Part shown: in pieces, positions 31,122 to 39,310 of the stretch
Numbering within the stretch: position 1 is the stretch's first letter
Layout: each line of letters starts with the position of its first letter
Assembly: GCA_043825875.1 (NCBI GenBank)
Contig: JBDRRF010000038.1
Span: 1-64,000, forward strand
Reading direction: 5' to 3'
From: Pseudomonadota bacterium
GTDB taxonomy: Bacteria; Desulfobacterota; Desulfobacteria; Desulfobacterales; RPRI01
DNA: 64,000 nucleotides
Program-made: the position numbers and the translations under genes
Notes under the pieces: generated by a model
Told to the model about the DNA's origin: nothing
Seen by the model: the letters and a program-made list of their open reading frames with translations, nothing else
Databases searched by the model: none

Positions 31122-32648
31122 TCACTTTTTGCTACGGGTTACCCTCCTCCAGCTTTCAACTATAAATACACGCTCTTGAGCATCAGTCCCAAAGAACCAA
31201 GTAACCAACATAACAGTGAAAGCGCTAAAGAAAAAGACTAAGGCAAGGCGTAATAACGAAGTTGGCATGATATATCTCGGAATATGAGCCATTGTTATAG
31301 ACGCGACAGCAACAATAAGACTAGGTCGAACAACAACTTTCAGCCATTTATAGATAGGTACACCAAGATGATGACGTAACCATAGCACCCGCCCATATGA
31401 GCATATCGTCATGGTTATGACAAATGCCACACCGACACTCGTAGGCGGATAACCAAGTTTGATGAAAAGCCAAGCCAAAGGCAGGGTCAAAATTAATATC
31501 GTTCCCAGTGTTGCCTGGTAGCCGGCTATTTTGCCATAGGCGTTGATAGCGGACATATATCCGGCAGTCAGTCTGTCGAGGAGAAATGTTACTATCATCA
31601 ATTGGCAAAATAGGGCTGTATGTATAGGTGGCTCAAGTAGCCATAGCTTGAGTATATAATGCATCTCAACTATAAGCGGAATAGCAAATAACAATACAAG
31701 AATAGTACTGAACTTACTGGCACGATGGGAGAGGGCAATCATGCGGGCCCTATCACCACGGCCTTCGCTGGCGGTAATTTCCGGGGAAAAAGCTGCGAAC
31801 ATTGCTGTTGCAAGATTCCCGGTCTGAGTAGAAAGTTGATTAGCAATACCATAAGAAGCATTAGCCTTGGGTCCAAAAAAAAGATTGAGGAGAATATTAG
31901 AACCATGATTACGAAGAAGGCCCCCCAATATCCCTATAAAACTCCAAGACGCGAAGTTAAAGATTTCCTTAAAACGCTTAAAATCAAACCAATAATCATA
32001 TTTTATGCGACACTCACGAAAAATAAATAAAGAACGGCAGACTTGCACAGCTTGTACAAATATATTCACGATAACCATACCAATGGCATAGAACAGCAAT
32101 CGATCACCCGAAACCTGTGTAAGTAACCAAGCTATGGTAAATGCAAGAACTGCCTGGAGCATTTCCCATATAGAAAGTTCGGCAATGTTTTGCTTGGCCC
32201 TAAACATAGCGATGAATGGCGCAGATGCCATGCCTGTTGAGGCCGAGACAAGCGAAAACCGGAAAACCCATACGCAGGCTTGAATACGTTCCGGTGGAAT
32301 AGTGAGAAATCGGCGGATGCAAAGTTCACCGATCGGCCAGCCAAGCAAAACCAGTAAGATAGGTATAATCAAGTGAGTGCTAAGTGCGGCATTAAACCAC
32401 TTGTTGACTTCGCCAATATTGCCCTGGCCAATGGCGTAGGCAAAGTGTCGGGCTGCGCTGCTCGCCATAACATTGTTAATAAAGGCAACGAATATAATGA
32501 GTGAGCCGACCAAACAGAACAAACCATAATCTGTTTGCCCCAAAGCATTGAGCACCCAACGGCTACTAAATAAAGCAAGACCTGCGGCAATTAAAGAGCG
32601 CGTATATACCGCAATAGTGTTAAAAATAATGCGTTGAGCTGGAGTCAC
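31122..32648 (-). CDS. Wzx-type polysaccharide flippase (MATE-like)
   Basis: RIIFNT...R, LG..DYGL, many TM helices, LLNLFFG. Confidence 0.88.
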   Translation of the reverse strand: MTPAQRIIFNTIAVYTRSLIAAGLALFSSRWVLNALGQTDYGLFCLVGSLIIFVAFINNVMASSAARHFAYAIGQGNIGEVNKWFNAALSTHLIIPILLVLLGWPIGELCIRRFLTIPPERIQACVWVFRFSLVSASTGMASAPFIAMFRAKQNIAELSIWEMLQAVLAFTIAWLLTQVSGDRLLFYAIGMVIVNIFVQAVQVCRSLFIFRECRIKYDYWFDFKRFKEIFNFASWSFIGILGGLLRNHGSNILLNLFFGPKANASYGIANQLSTQTGNLATAMFAAFSPEITASEGRGDRARMIALSHRASKFSTILVLLFAIPLIVEMHYILKLWLLEPPIHTALFCQLMIVTFLLDRLTAGYMSAINAYGKIAGYQATLGTILILTLPLAWLFIKLGYPPTSVGVAFVITMTICSYGRVLWLRHHLGVPIYKWLKVVVRPSLIVAVASITMAHIPRYIMPTSLLRLALVFFFSAFTVMLVTWFFGTDAQERVFIVESWRRVTRSKK

Positions 32649-33832
32649 TAAGAAAGTATTCCTTTTTTCAGCCTACGCCAAATAAAACCGAGAGCCCGGC
32701 GCCAAAAAGGCTTCCTCGGGTTCGGATAGAGCCGGTATTTACTTCGTAGATCCGCGACAGAGGTAGAAACCATATCCTGTAAAAATGTATCACGCTCGGG
32801 GGGCTTACGGGCTGAGCGACTCAAAACAGGATTACCTGCAACAGCAGTTTCTATATCTCCCTTGCCTAAGAAAAGCCGATCTTCAGATAGTTTGAGCCAA
32901 CCTTGTCCTTTTATGGTATTGATCAACAATAGAGATGTACCCTTATCATCCCTATCATACTGCGGATATTTGTTCGCAACTCCCCAATAGTCGGCAATCG
33001 TTATATCGCCTTGACGAATAGTTTCAGTGAATTTGCAAACATAACAGGTCTTTCTAAGGCAATAGTTTTTCAGAAAGGATGACATATAGGGATCGACATG
33101 CATTTCGTCAAAGCAAGTACTACCGTCACGCCATGTTTTCATGATTTTGAATTGTTTCCATCCCTTGAGTTTATGGCGGAATGCAAGCTGAATCACTTGA
33201 GATGCACCCTTTTGAAGGGACATAAGATACTTTTTAAACCAAGCTGGCGATGGAACTCCATGACAGAGAATATCACAGCAAAATATATTCTCATATTCCC
33301 GACCTAAATAGTTACGCAACGCGGCAACTTGACAAGGAGTGCCTGAGAAAAGAACGTACCGCCCTTCATTAGCTAATGATTGAATTTGCTGATACAGTTC
33401 AGGCGTGATAATGCTTTGCACATATTTTGAGCCGCGCAAAAATGATAAGCTATCATAATCCTCAATCAGTAAATGACGAACGACCATAGATTCGTCGAAT
33501 GCAGCACCGACAACTGCACCGCCATGCTTAATAATATCTTCGGCGAGAGCTGTAAACACACCCCCTGATGAGCTTTCATGGCGAACGTCTTTATCAAGAT
33601 GCCAAGATGCATATACCAACGGTGGGTCTATACGATATTCAACGTCACACACGGCACATAACGGACATGTGGTGATACACAACCCGCAATCTTCACAGCG
33701 AGTTGAGTCAAGTTGTGGATATAAAAATCCCTCAGTATCAGCCAGCATCTGAATGCAGTCGTTGGGGCAAACAGCCATACAGACACCACATCCGCAACAA
33801 TCTTCAGGCCTCTTAATATCGATATGGGGCAT
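32648..33832 (-). CDS. FrhB/F420H2-dehydrogenase-like Fe-S protein
   Basis: CCGCGVCMAVCP, CEDCGLCITTCP, SSSGG, GTPCQ, CHGVPS, ADYWG. Confidence 0.88.
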   Translation of the reverse strand: MPHIDIKRPEDCCGCGVCMAVCPNDCIQMLADTEGFLYPQLDSTRCEDCGLCITTCPLCAVCDVEYRIDPPLVYASWHLDKDVRHESSSGGVFTALAEDIIKHGGAVVGAAFDESMVVRHLLIEDYDSLSFLRGSKYVQSIITPELYQQIQSLANEGRYVLFSGTPCQVAALRNYLGREYENIFCCDILCHGVPSPAWFKKYLMSLQKGASQVIQLAFRHKLKGWKQFKIMKTWRDGSTCFDEMHVDPYMSSFLKNYCLRKTCYVCKFTETIRQGDITIADYWGVANKYPQYDRDDKGTSLLLINTIKGQGWLKLSEDRLFLGKGDIETAVAGNPVLSRSARKPPERDTFLQDMVSTSVADLRSKYRLYPNPRKPFWRRALGFIWRRLKKGILS

Positions 33833-33928
33833 AGATCAATGCCTCGTTAAATATTGGCAAATGGATAGCACTTTGCTTATCTATCAAGTTACTTTATGAT
33901 AAACCCATGCCGGGGGCAGGGTGAAACG

Positions 33929-34951
33929 CTAATTACTTTTTGTTATACGCACCCTCACTCTTACAAGCCAACATACAAAAAGGATCAATAGAAATTGCTT
34001 CTTCATAAAAAGGTTAAATAAAATAAATGGTTTGGGCCGTAGGCCATCCATTGAATTACAATTTTGATAAAATAATCTTGATTCAGAAAACAGCAATTTG
34101 AGCATCTTATATCGTTGAGCTATGCTCTTATATTCCATATTGCAGATGTTTTCACAAATAGTAACAATGAAACCGGTGATCTTAAAAAGATAATTGTAAC
34201 AAATACCAAAGCAATCTTCTAATTGTAATTGATATAAATAATCAATCACTTGTTTGTGCGACATGATTTTCTTTTCCAATTTGTGCCTTTTGCTTCTCTC
34301 AAACTCATTATAAGAATAATTATAAAAAGGTCTCCCATCAATATATACTATGGTGGCTTTCGTTAGTGAACTTAGGACGAACACAAGATCTTCATGATAA
34401 CCTATATTGGTGTTGAATAGGATGCTTTGTGGCTCTAACAAATCTCTTTTATATACAAAACGCCCAATGTGTGTGTTCAGGGGGGAAATGCTGTTTGGCC
34501 CGCCTAAAATATCTACAATTAGATTTTTGTGAATTTGTTCGGGCTGGCTTAGGACATAGTCAAACCTGCGAAGATCGTAAACAGCTTCACCATTAACGCA
34601 ATATCCAGAAACACCAATATCCGCTTCATATGCTTGCATCTTGGCGAGTATTTCAGCATACATGGTATTGTCAACACTATCATCCGCATCTACGAAGGCG
34701 ATATAATGTCCTTTAGCCACTCTGAGGCCATGATTTCTTGCCGCACTAACCCCACTGTTTTCCTGCTGGACTACTACGACGCGATTATCTGTTTGGCAGA
34801 TTTTTTTTGCAATTAAAAGACTATCATCTTGGGACCCATCATCTACAAGAATAACCTCTAAGTCTTTGAGATTCTGCGACAAGATGGAATCAACGGTACT
34901 ACGCAGGGTAGAAGACGCATTATAAAACGGGACAATAATACTGATAACCAT
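33929..34951 (-). CDS. Glycosyltransferase family 2
   Basis: ISIIVPFYN, VDDGS, GVSAARN, FVDADD. Confidence 0.92.
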   Translation of the reverse strand: MVISIIVPFYNASSTLRSTVDSILSQNLKDLEVILVDDGSQDDSLLIAKKICQTDNRVVVVQQENSGVSAARNHGLRVAKGHYIAFVDADDSVDNTMYAEILAKMQAYEADIGVSGYCVNGEAVYDLRRFDYVLSQPEQIHKNLIVDILGGPNSISPLNTHIGRFVYKRDLLEPQSILFNTNIGYHEDLVFVLSSLTKATIVYIDGRPFYNYSYNEFERSKRHKLEKKIMSHKQVIDYLYQLQLEDCFGICYNYLFKITGFIVTICENICNMEYKSIAQRYKMLKLLFSESRLFYQNCNSMDGLRPKPFILFNLFMKKQFLLILFVCWLVRVRVRITKSN

Positions 34952-35029
34952 AAAATAAGCTTTCTGTTCTCCTTACATAATAGTCAAGAGTGGGTTCTAA
35001 ATTCTGACAATAAATCTACTCGCCTTACA

Positions 35030-35221
35030 AATTGGGACCGGCAATACCAAGACACCAGGCAATTTAAAGGCAACTGTTCTATCCTTGTTCCAGCACCAGA
35101 TTGACGGCATCTTGTTTAAATTCTTTTGTGTAATTTGGTTTATTTTGTTTTTTGTTCATTGGACACATCGCTTTCTTGCTTTTAGCTATTAGCATAGTGT
35201 CGTTTAAATTAAACCCCTTCA
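35030..35221 (-). pseudogene. IS3-family relic: left IR and degraded orfA start
   Basis: From ATG 35159 (minus): MNKKQNKPNYTKEFKQDAVNLVLEQG*...LGI, matching the IS3 OrfA HTH pattern but with stops. Upstream end reads 5'-TGAAGGGGTTTAATTTAAACGACAC. Confidence 0.75.
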
Positions 35222-35253
35222 ACTTTGTTAAGTTTATTAAAAACATAGTACTT

Positions 35254-36621
35254 TTAGAAATCTGAAACCGATTCCTTTATCAGGATAGCTCCCCTGTGTG
35301 CTGGCAGAATGAGCATATCAACTATTGGATCAACAAACGGATTCGATATGTTTTGGTGTGTAATCTGCCTACAGGGGGCTGGAAGCAGAATCCCGCTCAC
35401 ATTGGTATTTGAAAGATTGGCGTACACATATCCCTTTTCATACTCTCGCCAGTAAATGTTAACAGACTCATATTGCGCAACCTGATAAGTACCGACAGCT
35501 TTTCCCAGATCAATATCAAACTCATCAAACCACCTAAGCTCCTTATTACTGTCATGCCAGGAAAAACAACTATTATCGGCAACAGTATTCTTCCCTAATA
35601 GAAAACAGCTGAGACCAAAATAAAATGCATCCCAATAGGTGACTGGTTTTCCAAAATTATCCAGGCCTATGTCACCTGGCAAACCTTTTACGTGTGAAGA
35701 CATGGCGACACGAACATTTTTGACAGATTGCATGGTATCAATAGAAGTTCTGCATGCAGATTCGGAATGGAATCCTGCAAAGGCACGAGAATATGATGTA
35801 ACAAATGCACCTTCATCCATTAGAATATCTGGGTAGTCAGAAGATTGATCGAGCAAGATCCAACATGCCTGACCAATCGACGTATGAGTTTGTCCCATGT
35901 TAAACCAAACTTTTACGCCCTTTTTATGGAGAGCCGATGTTACTTGAAGAACAAATGTTTTAGCAGCAGAAGCCCACGCACTATTTGTTGGGTATTTAGC
36001 AGGATATGCTGTCAGGGTATAAGAATGTATCAAGGAAGGGCCATCGACAAAAATACCATCTGCCTTGCATGGCTTGTTGACTATGTCAGTTAAGGTTGCC
36101 TCCACCCAGTAATCGATATAGGCCTGATGGCCGATATCCATTAACCAAACTCCATATTTATCATGAATCCTTTCCCCCTTGTTATCAAGAAGAAAAAGCT
36201 CTGTATGATCAATGTTCAGGTTGCCCATGGAGTGTCCACGGGCGTCATTCCATCGGGATATCGTGTTGATTTTTACGGCTAACTTGTTGTCCTGAGAATC
36301 ATAAGCTCCAAACGAGAATTGGTAAAGATATACCTCATGCAACGAATTGAAAGATTTCAAGACCTGCCAACTATCACGGCCCAGTTTATCTTTGTAGGAA
36401 CGTCTATTAAGATCTGAGAAGCTGAACTTTGCAAGCAAGGCTTCTTGGGCAGAAGTTAGTTCAGCGCCATAGTACCATGTAAAAACCGGAATAAACTTCT
36501 GAGATGCCTGTTTTGGTATTGGGGGTGTAGAAATTACCACATCCCCCATTGCAGTTCCGGCAAAACCGAAAAAAGATATCAACAAGTAAAGTATTGGAAT
36601 AAAGGATAGACTTGAGGACAT
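35254..36621 (-). CDS. Secreted putative glycoside hydrolase (TIM-barrel type)
   Basis: Signal peptide, DGIFVD motif, DLGKAVG...YWREYEKGYVYAN C-terminus as seen in EPS-locus hydrolase-like proteins; family assignment tentative. Confidence 0.6.
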   Translation of the reverse strand: MSSSLSFIPILYLLISFFGFAGTAMGDVVISTPPIPKQASQKFIPVFTWYYGAELTSAQEALLAKFSFSDLNRRSYKDKLGRDSWQVLKSFNSLHEVYLYQFSFGAYDSQDNKLAVKINTISRWNDARGHSMGNLNIDHTELFLLDNKGERIHDKYGVWLMDIGHQAYIDYWVEATLTDIVNKPCKADGIFVDGPSLIHSYTLTAYPAKYPTNSAWASAAKTFVLQVTSALHKKGVKVWFNMGQTHTSIGQACWILLDQSSDYPDILMDEGAFVTSYSRAFAGFHSESACRTSIDTMQSVKNVRVAMSSHVKGLPGDIGLDNFGKPVTYWDAFYFGLSCFLLGKNTVADNSCFSWHDSNKELRWFDEFDIDLGKAVGTYQVAQYESVNIYWREYEKGYVYANLSNTNVSGILLPAPCRQITHQNISNPFVDPIVDMLILPAHRGAILIKESVSDF

Positions 36622-36634
36622 TCTATATTCCTTA

Positions 36635-36684
36635 GGGACGACGAGGGGACGCCCTTTATATTTATAGTTACTATGCATTAACGA
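36635..36684. repeat. 50-bp direct repeat, copy 1
   Basis: GGGACGACGAGGGGACGCCCTTTATATTTATAGTTACTATGCATTAACGA; 47/50 identical to 37632-37681. Confidence 0.92.
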
Positions 36685-36689
36685 AAAGC

Positions 36690-36751
36690 TGTGTTATAAA
36701 AACGGTTCGCAGTTTACGGTTCGCAGTTCAAGGTTCAAGGTTTTAAGTTTT
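36690..36751. repeat. TGTGTTATAAAAA junction plus 7-mer array
   Basis: TGTGTTATAAAAA CGGTTCG CAGTTTA CGGTTCG CAGTTCA AGGTTCA AGGTTTT AAGTTTT. Confidence 0.85.
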
Positions 36752-36764
36752 AAACGAATATTTA

Positions 36765-36950
36765 TCATTGTGCTGATGAATGCTTTTCCTCTTTGACTCT
36801 TTCATGGAGCCAGATCTTTATTAAGGCCGCACGATCAACGCCAATCGACATTCTGATTTTATCTATTTCTTTTACAAGCTCTTCCGACATATCAAGGGGG
36901 AACTTAGAAATATTTAGGTCACATCTTGAATTGTGAATTAAGTTTTTCAT
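36765..36950 (-). CDS. Orphan CopG/BrnA-like RHH antitoxin, possibly truncated
   Basis: FPLDMSEELVKEIDKI..SIGVDRAALIKIWLHERV pattern; no toxin partner adjacent. Confidence 0.55.
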   Translation of the reverse strand: MKNLIHNSRCDLNISKFPLDMSEELVKEIDKIRMSIGVDRAALIKIWLHERVKEEKHSSAQ

Positions 36951-36971
36951 AATCTATCATTATATAAAAGA

Positions 36972-37066
36972 TTGTTTTGTGTTATGAAAATAGTTTACGG
37001 TTTACGGTAAGAAAAAATAATAGCTCATAAGTTCGTAAGATGTTGATCCAGGATTCAAGGGTCGAG
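36972..37066. repeat. TGTGTTATGAAAA junction, short 7-mer array and 8-mer pair
   Basis: TTGTTTTGTGTTATGAAAA TAGTTTA CGGTTTA CGGT ... GGATTCAA GGGTCGAG. Confidence 0.7.
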
Positions 37067-37082
37067 ATATAAGATCATCTCC

Positions 37083-37349
37083 TCAATTGTAATGGCCACG
37101 GAATGAAGTAATATCTATTTCTTTAAGTGATTCATAAATAGTATAAATAATACGGTCTTTATGGTTTACACGACGGCTGTATACTTCCTTTTCAAAATAT
37201 TTAAGTCGTTCCGGCTTACCAGTACCGCCTCTTGGATTGCTGATCAATTCTCGTACCAAATCAAAACATTTGACATAACTGCTTCTATCATTTTTCCTAA
37301 ACCAATCCAAATCGTCTTGAGCTTTCTTCAAGATTGTTATTCTATACAT
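37083..37349 (-). CDS. yoeB: Txe/YoeB-family toxin
   Basis: AQDDLDWF, GTGKPERLK, YSRRVNHKDRIIY, RGHY; start MYRITIL overlaps the antitoxin end. Confidence 0.92.
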   Translation of the reverse strand: MYRITILKKAQDDLDWFRKNDRSSYVKCFDLVRELISNPRGGTGKPERLKYFEKEVYSRRVNHKDRIIYTIYESLKEIDITSFRGHYN

Positions 37350-37608
37350 CGTCAAATGCTTCCTCAGGGCTGATGCCCTTTGGTCTCTCACCTTTATCCC
37401 GAATAGCATGCGATTCAATCAAGGCGGTCAATGATTCTTTGTCGTTAAGCAGTTTAAGAGTTTCTTTTATATGTAACCACTCTGTTTCATTCAAGATAAC
37501 CACAGAGCCTTCATCTGTCGCAATAATTGTTTCATCTTTATCCTTTATTGCCTTAAGAATAACATTTTTAAGGTTTTTGGATGCCATATCAAATGTAATT
37601 GTTTGCAT
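37342..37608 (-). CDS. yefM: YefM/Phd-family antitoxin
   Basis: ASKNLKNVI, VVILNETEW..IKETLKLL, LIES; upstream of yoeB. Confidence 0.85.
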   Translation of the reverse strand: MQTITFDMASKNLKNVILKAIKDKDETIIATDEGSVVILNETEWLHIKETLKLLNDKESLTALIESHAIRDKGERPKGISPEEAFDDV

Positions 37609-37631
37609 TTTTTACTCCCATGAATCTTGAC

Positions 37632-37681
37632 GGGACTACGGGGGGACGCCCTTTATATTTATAGTTACTGTGCATTAACGA
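37632..37681. repeat. 50-bp direct repeat, copy 2
   Basis: GGGACTACGGGGGGACGCCCTTTATATTTATAGTTACTGTGCATTAACGA. Confidence 0.92.
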
Positions 37682-37747
37682 GACAACAACCTAAGAGATA
37701 ATGTTTTATGTCTTGAGTAAGCCCCATTCTGTGAGTTCGGAATTTGT

Positions 37748-38035
37748 TTAATACACCTCATCATGCTTTCCGATATCCACAAGAACAATCAAATCTTTCC
37801 CGCTGTCAGGATCTTTGGCAAATGTAAATACAATACGGCAATCATACTCGACCTGGCAGGCCCAAAGTCCAAGCAATTTTCCATGAAGTTTATGAGCCTT
37901 AAGTGAAGGATCAAATGGTTCTCTTGAAAGCTTTTCCAGTGCAGAAAAAATCTTCTCCTGTAAAACCGGATCTTTTCGGGTAGCCTTATTAAACCCGCGA
38001 CAAAATCCATTTGACCATGATAGAGTGTACATCAA
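37748..38035 (-). CDS. RelE/ParE/YafQ-family toxin
   Basis: PFDPSLKAHKLHGKL, WAC.VEYDCRIVF, DIGKHDEVY. Confidence 0.9.
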   Translation of the reverse strand: MMYTLSWSNGFCRGFNKATRKDPVLQEKIFSALEKLSREPFDPSLKAHKLHGKLLGLWACQVEYDCRIVFTFAKDPDSGKDLIVLVDIGKHDEVY

Positions 38036-38256
38036 CCTTTTAAGAGATCCTTTTTTAAATCTTCCACTGTTCCGAATTTTGCCCGCTTTTCTTGCACAGC
38101 TTGCAATGCTTCCTTTGCATTGGCTGCGATTTCATCACGCCTCTCTTCGGCAACACGCATTCTAAGAATCTCAAGAAGTTCCTCACGATCATCAAATGGA
38201 AGAGACTCCACTGCATCAATAGCCTTTTGAAAAGATGTTTCCTGATGGGAAATCAT
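38032..38256 (-). CDS. Cognate antitoxin of the RelE-like toxin
   Basis: 74-aa acidic helical protein ending GTVEDLKKDL; 4-nt overlap with the toxin; own TTGACA-17-TATCAT promoter at 38317-38345. Confidence 0.8.
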   Translation of the reverse strand: MISHQETSFQKAIDAVESLPFDDREELLEILRMRVAEERRDEIAANAKEALQAVQEKRAKFGTVEDLKKDLLKG

Positions 38257-38370
38257 ATTATCCTCTGCAATTCTCTTTCAATAAATACTTATTATATAAA
38301 AACTTTAATAAATTTTATGATATTTCAAACCACCCTGTTTGTCAACATTCGGCAAAAACTATGATTTCAT

Positions 38371-38432
38371 TGTGTTGTGTTATAAAAATGGTTCAAAGTT
38401 CACAGTTTACAGTTCAAGGATTCAAAGGGTCA
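38371..38432. repeat. TGTGTTATAAAAA junction plus 7-mer/8-mer array
   Basis: TGTGTTGTGTTATAAAAA TGGTTCA AAGTTCA CAGTTTA CAGTTCA A GGATTCAA AGGGTCAA. Confidence 0.85.
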
Positions 38433-38550
38433 ATCCCTCTGATATATGTAAATCGTTCAGATTTACTGAAGAACTGCTGTTTCTGCGTTCTTGTATGATA
38501 CCATACAAATACACTTGCTCAAGAATCTCTTTCGCTTTCTCTGTTCGCTC

Positions 38551-39189
38551 CTATTCATCAAATGTCACAAGAGACACCTTTTTCTTTCCTTGTGCATCTG
38601 TCTGATGATACATTAAAAACCAGGCAATTTTGATATATTCGCTTCCCAGATTCTTCCAATCCGATGCTGAAAATTGCCATATTTTGTTATGCGCTGTCTC
38701 AAAGCGGGTCGGTACAAAGACGATTTTTGAGGATTTTTTGCCAAAGACTTTCTCTGTAATCAATTTTATACGGCGCATGTGAAAAGGGGAACTGACAAAT
38801 ATAGCGGACTCAAACCCGTATTTGTCCATAATATTTTTCGCTATCAGTGTTTCGATATGCGTATCTTCAAAATAGGATTTGAATTTGAGGCCGGGTAAAA
38901 ATGGTTTTTGTCTCAACGTTTCAAGCTTTGTGCTGAATGAAGTTGCAGACGTATCCAGAATTTGCCTGTAGGCAGGGATAAGAAGCAAACCGGCAAATCC
39001 TTGTCTGATGATCAAATCCACTTCCTTTTTACGTGCCTTGTTATCTGACTCTGTGCCAATAAACAGTACAATAGCATCAGCCTTGACCGGCTTGTCTGCA
39101 TAGGCGAGATATTTTGGGGCATACCAGAGTCCCCCTAAGGCAATTGCAACAACAAGTAAAACTGTTACTAGTTTTATCTTATTGCGCAT
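38551..39189 (-). CDS. YdcF/DUF218 family protein
   Basis: N-terminal TM, KADAIVLF, DTHIET, VSSPFHMRRI, SEYIKI. Confidence 0.85.
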   Translation of the reverse strand: MRNKIKLVTVLLVVAIALGGLWYAPKYLAYADKPVKADAIVLFIGTESDNKARKKEVDLIIRQGFAGLLLIPAYRQILDTSATSFSTKLETLRQKPFLPGLKFKSYFEDTHIETLIAKNIMDKYGFESAIFVSSPFHMRRIKLITEKVFGKKSSKIVFVPTRFETAHNKIWQFSASDWKNLGSEYIKIAWFLMYHQTDAQGKKKVSLVTFDE

Positions 39190-39310
39190 ATGCAGCCAGG
39201 GGGATGTTCTTCAGTTCAAAAATGGGAGTTAAGTAAATTTGAGCATTCTTCAAAGGTCTCGACATTTTTCTCCATCCTCGCATACAGCTCCGCCTTCTCA
39301 GTTACAGCGT

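Noticed and set aside
36635..38432. Classical integron with attC sites
   Set aside because: No intI gene, and I could not find RYYYAAC...GTTRRRY-bounded attC hairpins after the TA genes.
38430..38553. Stop-codon readthrough of the ydcF-like gene (open frame continues ERTEKAKEILEQVYLYG after TAG)
   Set aside because: The DUF218 domain is already complete and there is no recoding signal; more likely a gene remnant or chance.
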